From Scyliorhinus canicula (lineage: Eukaryota): 64,000 nucleotides of DNA. A model generated the notes under the pieces. It worked only from the letters and a program-made list of their open reading frames with translations, made no database searches and was not told the DNA's origin. The DNA is taken from contig NC_052168.1 in NCBI RefSeq assembly GCF_902713615.1, positions 2,914,001 to 2,978,000 on the forward strand, written 5' to 3'. The number at the start of each line of letters is the position of its first letter. Positions within the stretch are counted from its first letter, which is position 1. The translations under genes and the position numbers were made by a program. Shown piece after piece: positions 12,229 to 23,872 of the stretch.

Positions 12229-12627
12229 AGTACTGAGGGAGTGCCGCACTGTCAGAGGGTCAGTACTGAGGGAGTGCCGCACTGTCAGAGGGTCAGTACT
12301 GAGGGAGTGCCCCACTGTCAGAGGGTCAGTACTGAAGGAGCGCCGCACTGTCAGAGGGTCAGTACTGAGGGAGTGCTGCACTGTCAGAGGGTCAGTACTG
12401 AGGGAGTGCTGCCCTGTCAGAGGGTCAGTACTGAGGGAGTGCTGCCCTGTCAGAGGGTCAGTACTGAGGGAGTGCTGCACTGTCAGAGGGTCAGTACTGA
12501 GGGAGTGCCGCACTGTCAGAGGGTCAGTACTGAGGGAGTGCCGCACTGTCAGAGGGTCAGTACTGAGGGAGTGCCGCACTGTCAGAGGGTCAGTACTGAG
12601 GGAGTGCTGCACTGTCAGAGGGTCAGT
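12229..12627 (+). repeat. 33-bp minisatellite GAGGGAGTGCCGCACTGTCAGAGGGTCAGTACT, ~12 copies
   Basis: Near-perfect tandem unit; 11-aa periodicity in the ORF track. Confidence 0.97.
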
Positions 12628-13064
12628 GCCGCGCTGCCAGTTTAGCTCAGTTGGCTGGACAGCTGGTTCCTGACGCAGAGCGAGGCCAGCACCGTGGGTT
12701 CAATTCCCGCACCGGCTGAGGTTATTGATGGCGGCTCCACCTTCTCAATCTTGTTCCCTGCCTGAGGTGGTGTGACCCTCGGGTTAAATCACCACCAGTC
12801 AGCTCTCCTCCTCAAAGGGAGAAAAGCAGCCTACGGTTATCTGGGTCTGTGGCGACTTTAACTTGCTGAGGGAGTGCTGCACTGTCACTTCGGATAAGAT
12901 ATTCTACGGTTAAACTTGATTCCTGTCTGCCCCATGCGGTGCACCCTTTGAAGCAGAGTCTCACAATTCTCCCAGGTGTCCAGATATTTTTCCCTTCTCC
13001 CATTCCACTAGAACAGACGAGCTGGTCACTGTCTGATTGCTGTGTTGGGTTCCTGTTCCCTCAG

Positions 13065-13197
13065 AGAGTGCTGTGGTACACTGGAGTACTATGACAAGGC
13101 GTTCGACCGAATAACAACCCGGAACGAGAAATCACTGAGAAGCATCAAGAGGATTTTCCACACTGTGACCACCACTGACGACCCTGTCATCCGTAAG
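13065..13197 (+). CDS. EIF3D: EIF3D coding exon 7
   Basis: [44 protein letters not shown]; ctcag|...|gttagt. Confidence 0.97.
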
Positions 13198-13484
13198 GTT
13201 AGTTCACAGATCAGAGCTCGTTGTAAGAGGTGTTGGGGCAGTAATGCTCGGCCAGTTAATCTTAAACCTCGCACTGATGGATGTTTGCTGGAGCTGAAAC
13301 CCATGAAGGGAGATGGAGCCGAGGTACGTGGTCGGCCCCACAATCTAACTGAAGAGCAGAGAAGGTGCTGAGTGAGTTCCCCCCTGTTCTACCTTGTGCA
13401 GTGTGGCCAGTCTTCATTTGAGTGTCGTTTTTTTGCTGTGCAAGCTCCAGTCAGCATTACTGCGTGACAGGATGGTCATCCTTC

Positions 13485-15190
13485 TAGTAACGTAGAAAAT
13501 GGGAGCAGGACGAGGCCTTTCTGTCTTTCGAGCCTGTTCAGCCGTTCATTATCATCATGGCTGATCATCTAACTCAATAGCCAAATCCCGCCTTCCCCCT
13601 CCATATCCTTTGATCCCCTTTGGGCAGCACAGTAGCACAAGTGGCTAGCACTCTGGCTTCACAGTGCCAGGGTCCCAGGTTCGATTCTCGGCTTGGGTCA
13701 TTGTTTGTGCGGAGTCTGCACGCTCTCCCCGTATCTGCGTGGGTTTCCTCCGGGTGCTCCGGTTTCCTCCCACGGTCCAAAGAAGTGCAGGTTAGGTAGA
13801 TTGGCCATGATAAATTGCCCTTAGTGACCAAAACCGTTAGGAGGGTTTATCGGGTTACGGGGATAGGGTGGCAGTGAGGGCTTAAGTGGGTTGGTGCAGA
13901 CTCGATGGGCTGAATGGCCTCCTTCTGCACGGTATGTTCTCTGTTTGCCCTAAGTGCTGTATCTCACTGCTTCTTGAAAACATACAATGTTTTGGACTCA
14001 ACTATTTCCTGTGGTAACGAATTTCACCAGCTCACCACTCTCTGGGTGAAGAAATTTCTCCTCGTCTCTGTCCTAAATGGTCTACCCCATATCCTCAGAC
14101 TGTGACCCCTGGTTCTGGACGCCCCCGCCATCGGGAACATCCTTCCAGCATCTACCCTGTCCAGTCCGATTAGAATTTTCTAGGTTTCTATGAGATTCCC
14201 CCCTCATTCTTCTGAACTCCAGCGAGAACAATCCTAACCGATTCAATCTCTCCTCGTACGTCAGTCCTGCCATCTCAGGAATCAGTCTGGTAAACCTTGG
14301 TTGCACTCTCTCTAGCGCAGATAAGGAGACCAAAACTGCCCACAATACTCCATGTGTGGCCTCACCAAGGCCCTGTATATTTGCAGCAAGACATCCCTGC
14401 TCCTGTACTCTAATCCTCTCGCTATGAAGGTCAACATACCATTGGCCTTCTTTACCGCCTGCTGTACCTGCATGCTTACCTTCAGTGACTGGTGTACGAG
14501 GACACCCAGGTCTCGTTGCACATTCCCCTCTCCTAATTTATGATCATTCAGATAATCTGCCGCCTTGTTTTTGCTACCAAAGTGGATAACCTCGTATTTA
14601 TCCAAATTATACTGTATCTGCCATTCATTTGCCCACTCGCTCAACTTGTCCAAATCACATTGAAGCATCTCTGCATCCTCCTCACAGCTCACCCTCCCAC
14701 CCAACTTGGTGTCATCTGCAAATTTGGAGATATTTCATTTTGTTCCATCATCTAAATCATTAATATAAATTGTGAATAGCCAGGGTCCCAGCACCGATCC
14801 CTGCGGTACCCCATTAGTCACTGCCTGTCATTTGGAAAAGACCTGTTAATTCCTACTCTTTGTTTCCACTGCCAACCAGTTTTCTATCCATCCCCACACA
14901 CTACCCCTAATCCCATGCGATTTAATTTTACACATTAATCTCTTATGCGGAACTGTGTGAAAAGATTGCTGAAAATCCAAATAAAGCACATTGGCTGGCT
15001 CCCTCTTGTCAACTTTCCGAGTCACATCCTCAAAAAATTCCAATCTATTTGTCAAGCATGATTTCCCTTTCGTAAATCCATGCTGACTCTGTCCGATCCT
15101 GCCTCTGTTTCCCAAGTGCTCTGCTATAAAATCTTTGATTAATGGATTCGAGAATTTTCCCCACTACTGACATCAGGTAGTGCTGGTCTA
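13485..15190 (-). mobile_element. CR1/HER1-like LINE, decayed ORF2 3' half, interrupted by a SINE
   Basis: SQHGFTKGKSCLTN, LQCDLDKLSEWANEWQ, RDLGVLVHQSLK, LVRPHMEYCGQFWSPYLR. Confidence 0.92.
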
Positions 15191-15536
15191 TAATTTATCA
15201 TTTGTCCACTCGGTGTGCATGAAGCTGTGTGCAATGTCCAGAACAGTCAGCCATCTGTTTGCACTGTTGCAGTCTCCGCTGATGGCGTTTCCTTGATAGT
15301 GTTAGGTTGATGTTGCTGCACTTGTCCTCCGGAACCCTGGCTGTCTTGCGTCTCCGTTTATTTGTGCTCTGTCAGAAACTGGAATTAGTGTGCTGGCCAA
15401 AGTCCGAACTCCGTGATCTCCCTCCCTCCCGTAAACGGAGTTTGAGGTTGTTGGCTGTTTCTGTCTAATTGAACGAGAGCTATTCCCTGTGCCGTGGTTT
15501 TGGAGTGAGTGGTTGATTGTCTCCGTGTGTTAACAG

Positions 15537-15684
15537 CTGGCCAAGTCTCAGGGGAATGTGTTTGCAACAGACGCCATCCTGGCCACTCTGATGTGCTGCA
15601 CCAGATCCGTCTATTCCTGGGACATCATCGTGCAACGGGTCGGATCCAAGCTCTTCTTCGACAAACGTGACCACTCGGACTTTG
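15537..15684 (+). CDS. EIF3D: EIF3D coding exon 8
   Basis: [49 protein letters not shown]; aacag|...|gtaagg. Confidence 0.97.
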
Positions 15685-15722
15685 GTAAGGAGAAAATTGC
15701 CAATGCAGGCATTGTGTCAGAT

Positions 15723-16545
15723 AACATAAGAACTAGGAGCAGGAGTAGGCCATCTGGCCCTTCGAGCCTGCTCCGCCATTCAATGGGATCATGGCTGATC
15801 TTTTGTGGATTCAGCTCCACTTTCCGGCCCGAACACCATAACCCTTAATCCCTTTATTCTTCAAAAAACTATCTATCTTTACCTTAAAAACATTTAATGA
15901 AGAAGCCTCAACTGCTTCACTGGGCAAGGAATTCCATAGATTCACAACCCTTTGGGTGAAGAAATTCCTCCTAAACTCAGTCGTAAATTTACTTCCCCTT
16001 ATTTTGAGTCTATGCCCCCTAGTTCTGCTTTCACCCGCCAGTGGAAACAACCTGCCCGCATCTATCCTATCTATTCCCTTCATAATTTTACATGTTTCTA
16101 TAAGATCCCCCCCTCATCCTTCTAAATTCCAACGCGTACAGTCCCAGTCTACTCAACCTCTCCTCATAATCCAACCCCTTCAGCTCTGGGATTAACCTAG
16201 TGAATCTCCTCTGCACACCCTCCAGTGCCAGTACGTCCTTTCTCAAGTATGGAGACCAAAACTGAACACAATACTCCAGGTGTGGCTTCACTAACACCTT
16301 ATACAATTGCAACATAACCTCCCTAGTCTTAAACTCTATTCTTCTAGCAATGAAGGACAAAATTCCATTTGCCTTCTTAATCACCTGTAAGCCAACTTTC
16401 TGTGACTCATGCACTAGCACACCCGGGTCTCTCTGCAGAGCTGCATGTTTTAATATTTAATCATTTAAATAATAATCCCGTTTGCTGTTATTCCTACCAA
16501 AATGGATAACCTCACATTTGTCAACATTGTATTCCATCTGCCATT
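15723..16545 (-). mobile_element. CR1/HER1-like LINE 3' end
   Basis: LVKPHLEYCVQFWSPYLRKD, RTRGHRLK, FRRNFFTQRVVNLWNSLP; tail repeat TTCTTATGTTA. Confidence 0.92.
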
Positions 16546-16687
16546 GCATTTTACCCCTCCCCCTCTGTGCCGTGCACAATAAAATATCCCAGCACTGAGA
16601 ATCTTTTTTTATTGTCCGGCTGATGATTGGGTCTGATGGTCAGAGGGTGCCGCGGCTGCTTGTTAACTTGCTCTTTTTATCATCCAG

Positions 16688-16818
16688 ACCTCCTAACGGT
16701 CAGCGAAACCGCGAACGAGCCCCCACAAGATGAAGGGAATTCTTTCAATTCTCCCCGTAACTTGGCCATGGAGGCCACTTACATCAACCACAACTTTTCT
16801 CAGCAATGCCTGAAGATG
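16688..16818 (+). CDS. EIF3D: EIF3D coding exon 9
   Basis: [44 protein letters not shown]; tccag|...|gtgcga. Confidence 0.97.
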
Positions 16819-17034
16819 GTGCGAAAAGGGACACCAAGCGACGTAAGCAACTGGTCTGTAAACCCTCGAGGTTTAGCTTAAAAGGTGCCAAAGCGGCTGC
16901 GCTCCCATCCACCCCCGCCAAACCCAGTGATAGTTGCCACGCTAAGAGGGAGGAGCCAACTCCGACAACACGATGCACTAGTGGCAATGTCCGCCATGGT
17001 GACATTGGATACCTCCTTCAAAACCTGGAGACAT

Positions 17035-17262
17035 AGGACAGCACGGTGGCGTTGTGGTTAGCACTGCTGCCTCACAGCGCTGAGGTCCCAGGTTCGACCC
17101 CGGCTCTGGGTCACTGTCCGTGTGGAGTTTGCACATTCTCCCCGTGTCTGCGTGGGTTTCGCCCCCACAACCCAAAGATGTGCAGGGTAGGTGGATTGGC
17201 CACACTAAATTGCCCCTTAATTGGAAAAAATGAATTGGGTACTCTAAATTTGTTTTTTAAAA
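17035..17262 (+). mobile_element. Short V-SINE with A/T-rich tail and target-site duplication
   Basis: Internally shortened V-domain (GGGTTTCGCCCCCACAACCCAAAGA) and tail CCCCTTAATTGGAAAAAATGAATTGGGTACTCTAAATTT. Other copies at ~9313-9538, 29417-29652, 42283-42509, 47725-47952 (-) and 30958-31187, 39262-39485, 46481-46705, 54379-54588, 56121-56335 (+). Confidence 0.9.
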
Positions 17263-17559
17263 AGCTGGAGACAGGACGGTACGTGCGACTAAGAAACTTC
17301 CTCCTCAAGAAGGCAGCACAACACTCCCTGCTGGACAGACTTCTGACCAAGGGCGGACTAAGGGACAGTAACTACATCAAATGCAAGGTTTTGTTCCTGT
17401 GTTTCACGGGCTTTTTTTGGGATTAGGCAGTTTCTCCGGTTCGGTCATTTTTGACAAGCGGAGCCTTTCCTGGGTTTGGAAAGGGTGAAATATTATCTGG
17501 CGTTTGGGTCCTTTGGTTATGTGGGTGTTGGAGGGACTCGCTGTCCTCGGGGTGGTCAG

Positions 17560-19612
17560 CACGGCAGTCAGCGCAACATCCCAGTGGCGGTCAGCGCGGA
17601 GTCCCAGTGGCGGTCAGCGCGGAGTCCCAGTGGCGGTCAGCACGGAGTCCCAGTGGCGGTCAGCGCGGAGTCCCAGTGGCGGTCAGCGCGGAGTCCCAGT
17701 GGCGGTCAGCGCGGAGTCCCAGTGGCGGTCAGCGCGGAGTCCCAGTGGCGGTCGGCGCACCGTCCCAGTGGCGGTCGGCGCAGCGTCCCAGTGGCGGTCG
17801 GCGCAGCGTCCCAGTGGCGGTCAGCGCAGCGTCCCAGTGGCGGTCAGCGCAGCGTCCCAGTGGCGGTCAGCGCAGCGTCCCAGTGGCGGTCAGCGCAGCG
17901 TCCCAGTGGCGGTCAGCGCAGCGTCCCAGTGGCGGTCAGCGCAGCGTCCCAGTGGCGGTCAGCGCAGCGTCCCAGTGGCGGTCAGCGCAGCGTCCCAGTG
18001 GCGGTCAGCGCAGCGTCCCAGTGGCGGTCAGCGCAGCGTCCCAGTGGCGGTCAGCGCAGCGTCCCAGTGGCGGTCAGCGCAGCGTCCCAGTGGCGGTCAG
18101 CGCAGCGTCCCAGTGGCGGTCAGCGCAGCGTCCCAGTGGCGGTCAGCGCAGCGTCCCAGTGGCGGTCAGCGCAGCGTCCCAGTGGCGGTCAGCGCAGCGT
18201 CCCAGTGGCGGTCAGCGCAGCGTCCCAGTGGCGGTCAGCGCAGCGTCCCAGTGGCGGTCAGCGCAGCGTCCCAGTGGCGGTCAGCGCAGCGTCCCAGTGG
18301 CGGTCAGCGCAGCGTCCCAGTGGCGGTCAGCGCAGCGTCCCTGCGGCTGTCAGCGCAGCGTCCCTGCGGCAGTCAGCGCAGCGTCCCTGCGGCAGTCAGC
18401 GCACCGTCCCTGCGGCAGTCAGCGCACCGTCCCTGCGGCAGTCAGCGCACCGTCCCTGCGGCTGTCAGCGCACCGTCTCTGTGGCGGTCAGCGCGGCGTC
18501 CCTGCGGCGGTCAGCGCACCGTCTCTGTGGCGGTCAGCGCACCGTCCCTGCGGCGGTCAGCGCGGCGTCCCTGCGGCGGTCAGCGCACCGTCTCTGTGGC
18601 GGTCAGCGCACCGTCCCTGCGGCGGTCAGCGCGGCGTCCCTGCGGCGGTCAGCGCACCGTCCCAGCGGCGGTCAGCGCACCGTCTCTGTGGCGGTCAGCG
18701 CACCGTCCCTGCGGCGGTCAGCGCACCGTCCCTGAGGCGGTCAGCGCGGCGTCCCTGAGGCGGTCAGCGCACCGTCCCTGAGGCGGTCAGCGCGGAGTCC
18801 CAGCGGCGGTCAGCGCACCGTCCCTGAGGCGGTCAGCGCGGCGTCCCTGAGGCGGTCAGCGCGGCGTCCCAGCGGCGGTCAGCGCACCGTCCCTGCGGCG
18901 GTCAGCGCACCGTCCCTGAGGCGGTCAGCGCGGAGTCCCAGCGGCGGTCAGCGCACCGTCCCTGCGGCGGTCAGCGCACCGTCCCTGCGGCGGTCAGCGC
19001 ACCGTCCCTGAGGCGGTCAGCGCGGAGTCCCAGCGGCGGTCAGCGCACCGTCCCTGAGGCGGTCAGCGCGGCGTCCCTGAGGCGGTCAGCGCGGCGTCCC
19101 TGAGGCGGTCAGCGCGGCGTCCCTGAGGCGGTCAGCGCGGCGTCCCTGAGGCGGTCAGCGCGGCGTCCCTGAGGCGGTCAGCGCACCGTCCCTGCGGCGG
19201 TCAGCGCACCGTCCCTGCGGCGGTCAGCGCACCGTCCCTGCGGCGGTCAGCGCACCGTCCCTGCGGCGGTCAGCGCACCGTCCCTGCGGCGGTCAGCGCA
19301 CCGTCCCTGCGGCGGTCAGCGCACCGTCCCTGCGGCGGTCAGCGCAGCGTCCCTGCGGCGGTCAGCGCACCGTCCCTGCGGCGGTCAGCGCACCGTCCCT
19401 GCGGCGGTCAGCGCACCGTCCCTGCGGCGGTCAGCGCACCGTCCCTGCGGCGGTCAGCGCACCGTCCCTGCGGCGGTCAGCGCACCGTCCCTGCGGCGGT
19501 CAGCGTGGCGGTCAGCGCACCGTCCCTGCGGCGGTCAGCGCACCGTCCCTGCGGCGGTCAGCGCGGCGTCCCTGCGGCGGTCAGCGCGGCGTCCCAGTGG
19601 CGGTCAGCGCGC
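17560..19612 (+). repeat. 23-bp GC-rich minisatellite GTCCCAGTGGCGGTCAGCGCAGC, ~89 copies, in an EIF3D intron
   Basis: Direct inspection; variant units occur in blocks. Confidence 0.98.
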
Positions 19613-19707
19613 TGTCTCTTGGGCCCGGGTATTTTTCTTCAGTTATTTTAGCTGCTGCCTTGTCATGTGACCCGGTTTACACTCTCCTTTATCTCTCTCT
19701 CCTCTAG

Positions 19708-19793
19708 GGCATTGAGAAATACAAGTTCCCAAATCCAAACCCTTTTGTGGAGGACGATGTGGACAAGAATGAGGTGGCTTCAGTGGGATACAG
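19708..19793 (+). CDS. EIF3D: EIF3D coding exon 10
   Basis: GIEKYKFPNPNPFVEDDVDKNEVASVGYR; ctctag|...|gtggga. Confidence 0.96.
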
Positions 19794-20269
19794 GTGGGAA
19801 AGGAAGCTGCTCACTCCGAGAGCACGTGAATGGAGTTTGTGTGAACTCACTGGATTTGATCCTCTGATTAATAACAATGTGAAGGATGGTTTGGGCAAGT
19901 GACTTAATGCGATACAAGATGATGCTACCAGCAGCAAATCCATAGAATCCTTACAATGCAGAGGAAGGCCAATCGGCCCATCGAGTCTGCACCGACCCTG
20001 CGAAAGAGCATCCTACCTAGGCACACTCCCCCGCCCTATCCCTGTAACCCCACGCAGACACGGGAGAATGTGCAAACTCCACGCGGACAGTGACCCGGGG
20101 CCAGGATCGAACCTGGGTCCTTGGCGCTGTGAGGCAGCAGTGCTAACCACTGTGCCACCGTGCTGCCCCATAGGACTTTCGAAATGGAAAGAAAAGTACA
20201 GGGGGTGCCTGTAGAGAGACTTTCGGGTTCAGGTTCAAAGATTTTTAAAATGCCAGGAACAAATGTAGA

Positions 20270-20885
20270 AAGTAATCAAAAACGCTAATGGCTTTTATAT
20301 CGAGAGCATTGGAATATAAAGACACGGGTGATGCTGCAACTTTACAAAACCCTGGTTAGACTCCACTTGGAGTCACTGGGAGCAGTTCTGGGCGCCGCAC
20401 CTTAGGAAGGATATTTTGGCCTTGGAGGGAGTGCAAGGCAGGTTTACAAGAATGATACCTGGACTAATGGGGTTGTTACAAAGAGAGATTACACAAATTA
20501 GGCCTGTTTTCGCTAGAATTTAGAAAGTTACGGTGATCTGATCGAAGTATTCAAGATATTAACAGGGAAAGACAGGGTGGATAAAGATAAACTATTTCCA
20601 CTGGGTGGAGATTCTAAAACTCGGGGACAGAGTCTAAAAATTAGGACCAGTCCGTTCAGGGGAGATGTTGGGAAGAACTTCTTCACTCAAAGGGTGGTAG
20701 AGGTTTGGAATTCTCTCCCACACACGGCAGCTGAAGCTGGAACAGTTGCTCATTTTCAATCTGAGATTTTTGTTAAGCGAAGATATTAAGGGATATGGGC
20801 CAACGGCAGGTCTATGGAGTTGGGTCACAGATCAGCCACAATCTCATTGAATGGCGAGACGGGCTCGAGGGGCTGTTCCTATGAG
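20270..20885 (+). mobile_element. CR1-like LINE 3' fragment
   Basis: KTRGQSLKIR..FRGDVGKNFFTQRVVEVWNSLP. Further decayed CR1 pieces at ~5960-6560, 7020-7305, 24300-25225, 33390-33960 and 50860-52860. Confidence 0.85.
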
Positions 20886-21454
20886 ACACCTGTGTGCAGC
20901 AATGGGTGCTGAGGTCCTGAGTAGGGACAGCATCATGTGACGATAAGGACTGGTGCCTTGGATCAAACGGCTCTGAGACTCACGATGGAATCCACCACCT
21001 GCCGGCAGTCCCACAATGTTTTTAAGATATTCATTCTCGAGATGTGGGCGTCGCTGGCTCGACCAGCATTTATTACACCTCCCTGGTTGCCCTAAGCTGC
21101 GGCTATTTCAGGGGACAGTTAAGATTCGGTCACGCTGGTGTGGACCCAGCATCACTCTTGGGCCCATACTGGGTAAAGGAAGGCAACTTCCCTTACCGCC
21201 ATTTTCTTAATGATCATGGACACTTTACTAATCCCAGCCTTGTATTTCCCCATTTTGAGTTCACATACCCCGCAGAGATGGCGGGATTTAAACTCTTGCT
21301 TTCTGATCTATTTGTTCTGTATCCTGACCACACCTTTGGTGTGGTCGTTATAATCCCACTGACTACGTTGATTAAATCTCAAGTGGCTGATGTCCTTTTG
21401 ACTGTTGCAGCGTGTCTCCGCCTCACTCAGTTCCCTCTGAATCGCTTCCTGCAG

Positions 21455-21584
21455 GTATCGGAGGTGGAAGCTGGGAGAGGACATCGACCTGATTGTGCGA
21501 TGTGAGCATGATGGAGTCATGACGGGTGCCAACGGCGAAGTGTCTTTCATCAATGTCAAAACTCTGAACGAGTGGGACTCACGG
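21455..21584 (+). CDS. EIF3D: EIF3D coding exon 11
   Basis: YRRWKLGEDIDLIVRCEHDGVMTGANGEVSFINVKTLNEWDSR; ctgcag|...|gtaggg. Confidence 0.97.
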
Positions 21585-21651
21585 GTAGGGACCAAGATCT
21601 CACACGGTACTGCAATCTCCGAGTGATTGCCGTAAAAGCTGCTGTCACCAA

Positions 21652-22320
21652 AGAGTGTCAGTATTTACAGGGAGTCCCCGGGGAGTGTGTCAGTGTTTAC
21701 AGGGGGTCCCCGGGGAGTGTGTCAGTATTTACAGGGGGTCCCGGGGAGTGTGTCAGTATTTACAGGGGGTCCCCGGGGAGTGTGTCAGTATTTACAGGGG
21801 GTCCCGGGGAGTGTGTCAGTATTTACAGGGGGTCTCCGAGGAGTGTGTCAGTATTTACAGGTGGTCCCCGGAGAGTGTGTCAGTATTTACAGGGGGTCCC
21901 CGGAGAGTGTGTCAGTATTTACAGGGGGTCCCCGGAGAATGTGTCAGTATTTACAGGGGGTCCCCGGGGAGTGTGTCAGTATTTACAGGGGTTTGCCGGG
22001 GAGTGTGTCAGTATATACAGGGGGTCCCTGGGGAGTATGTCAGTATATACAGGGGGTTCCCCGGGGATGGTGTGTCAGTATTTACAGCGGACCCCCCGGG
22101 GATGGTGTGTCAGTATTTACAGGGGGGGGGGGGTCCCCGGGGATGGTGTGTCAGTATTTACAGGGGGTCCCCGGGGAGTGTGTCAGTATTTACAGGGAGT
22201 CCCCGGGGAGTGTGTCAGTATTTACAGCAGGTCTCCCGGGGTTGGTGTGTCAGTATTTACAGGGGATCTCTGAGGAGTGTGTCAGTATTTACAGGGGGTC
22301 CCTGGGGAGTGAGTCAGAAT
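21652..22320 (+). repeat. 31-34 bp minisatellite GAGTGTGTCAGTATTTACAGGGGGTCCCCGGG, ~21 copies
   Basis: Direct inspection. Confidence 0.95.
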
Positions 22321-22558
22321 TATCAGGGGGCCCGGCTTGAATGGTTGGTGAGTGAGCTCTTGGCTGGGTAATCCAGCAGTTTCCATGTTTGGATCATTTG
22401 TTAAGTGTTTGTAAGAACATGTCTGGCCTCTTCGAGTCGGTTGTGGAGTTGATGTTAATAGTAAGGTCGGGGGCTCCTGGTGTATTGCTGCGAGCTGTAG
22501 TCTATCTGGGGAGCTGCAGACTATCTGGGGGACATTGTATTTCTGTTTCCCTGTGCAG

Positions 22559-22701
22559 TACTGTAATGGGGTGGACTGGCGGCAGAAACTGGATTCACAG
22601 AGGGGGGCAGTCCTTGCCACGGAGTTGAAGAATAACAGCTACAAGCTCGCTCGATGGACCTGCTGTGCATTGCTGGCTGGAACGGAGTATCTGAAACTCG
22701 G
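22559..22701 (+). CDS. EIF3D: EIF3D coding exon 12
   Basis: [48 protein letters not shown]; gtgcag|...|gtaagg. Confidence 0.97.
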
Positions 22702-22947
22702 GTAAGGATGCTGGACTTTGGCGCGTGAGATTTGGAAATTTCGAACAGTTTTTTTTTTTAAAGTTCTGAATGTAGATGGATTTTGGTCCACGAGTTTCAA
22801 TTAATTGTGTTTAATCCCAAACTTCATGTCTGAGATATGGTTCCTCTTTGCTGCAAATATTCTTCTCAGCCGCGGCTAAGTCTAAGATATTGGGTTCAAG
22901 CCCCATCCAGGGCCAGAACCACAGACTGTCAGACCCAGTGCATTATG

Positions 22948-23264
22948 GAGGGCTCGCTGCACTGTCAGAGGGTCAGTACTGAGGGAGTGCCGCACTGTCA
23001 GAGGGTCAGTACTGAGGGCTCGCTGCACTGTCAGAGGGTCAGTACTGAGGGAGTGCTGCACTGTCAGAGGGTCAGTACTGAGGGAGTGCTGCACTGTCAG
23101 AGGGTCAGTACTGAGGGAGTGCCGCACTGTCAGAGGGTCAGTACTGAGGGAGTGCTGCACTGTCAGAGGGTCAGTGCTGAGGGAGTGCCGCACTGTCAGA
23201 GGGTCAGTACTGAGGGAGTGCTGCACTGTCAGAGGGTCAGTACTGAGGGAGTGCCGCACTGTCA
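22948..23264 (+). repeat. Same 33-bp minisatellite, ~9.5 copies, inside a Deu-domain-like SINE remnant
   Basis: Tandem unit as at 12229, flanked by TGGGTTCAAGCCCCA and GGGGAGTTCCTGCTGATGTCCTGGGGTCAATATT. Confidence 0.95.
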
Positions 23265-23559
23265 GTTTTTCAGGTAGATGCAAAAGACCCGGTTGTTATC
23301 GGAGGAAGATTTGGGGAGTTCCTGCTGATGTCCTGGGGTCAATATTTAGATTTTTGTATGAAACAAAATTTCAGTATCTTGTTCCCATCTGCAGCCGTCG
23401 CTTCCTCCTACAATTCACAAACTCTTAAAATACCAGCAATAGTTGGGCTGTAGATGCCGACTCTGACCTGTCCTTATTCGGTCAGTGCAGTGTGGATCAC
23501 AACGGTGAATGTGTGACTGTTGGCTAGTGGATCCGTGCTCTCACTCCCTCTCTCTGTTT

Positions 23560-23659
23560 TTTTTTAATAAACAATTTTATTGAGGTAGTTTTTGGCTTTA
23601 TAAACAGTTACAGACATCATCAGAAAGGAAGCAAAAAAGGCAAAAATGTGCAAACATCT
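23560..23659 (-). mobile_element. 100-nt antisense retroposed insert (L1-type 3' end) with 16-bp TSD in the polypyrimidine tract of an EIF3D acceptor
   Basis: TSD CTCCCTCTCTCTGTTT at 23544-23559 and 23660-23675; minus strand ends AATAAAATTGTTTATT(A)n. Confidence 0.88.
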
Positions 23660-23679
23660 CTCCCTCTCTCTGTTTGAAG

Positions 23680-23872
23680 GTACGTTTCCCGATTCCACAT
23701 CAAGGACTCCTCTCGTCACGTGGTCCTGGGCACCCAACAGTTCAAGCCCAACGAGTTTGCCAGTCAGATTAACCTGAGTATGGAGAACGCCTGGGGAATC
23801 CTGCGCTGTGTCATTGACATCTGCATGAAGTTGGAGGAGGGCAAATACCTTATCCTGAAAGACCCTAACAAG
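23680..23872 (+). CDS. EIF3D: EIF3D coding exon 13
   Basis: [64 protein letters not shown]; ttgaag|...|gtgagc. Confidence 0.97.

Noticed and set aside
17451-18781. Three overlapping ORFs of more than 400 aa
   Set aside because: They are translations of a stop-free 23-bp minisatellite inside an EIF3D intron.
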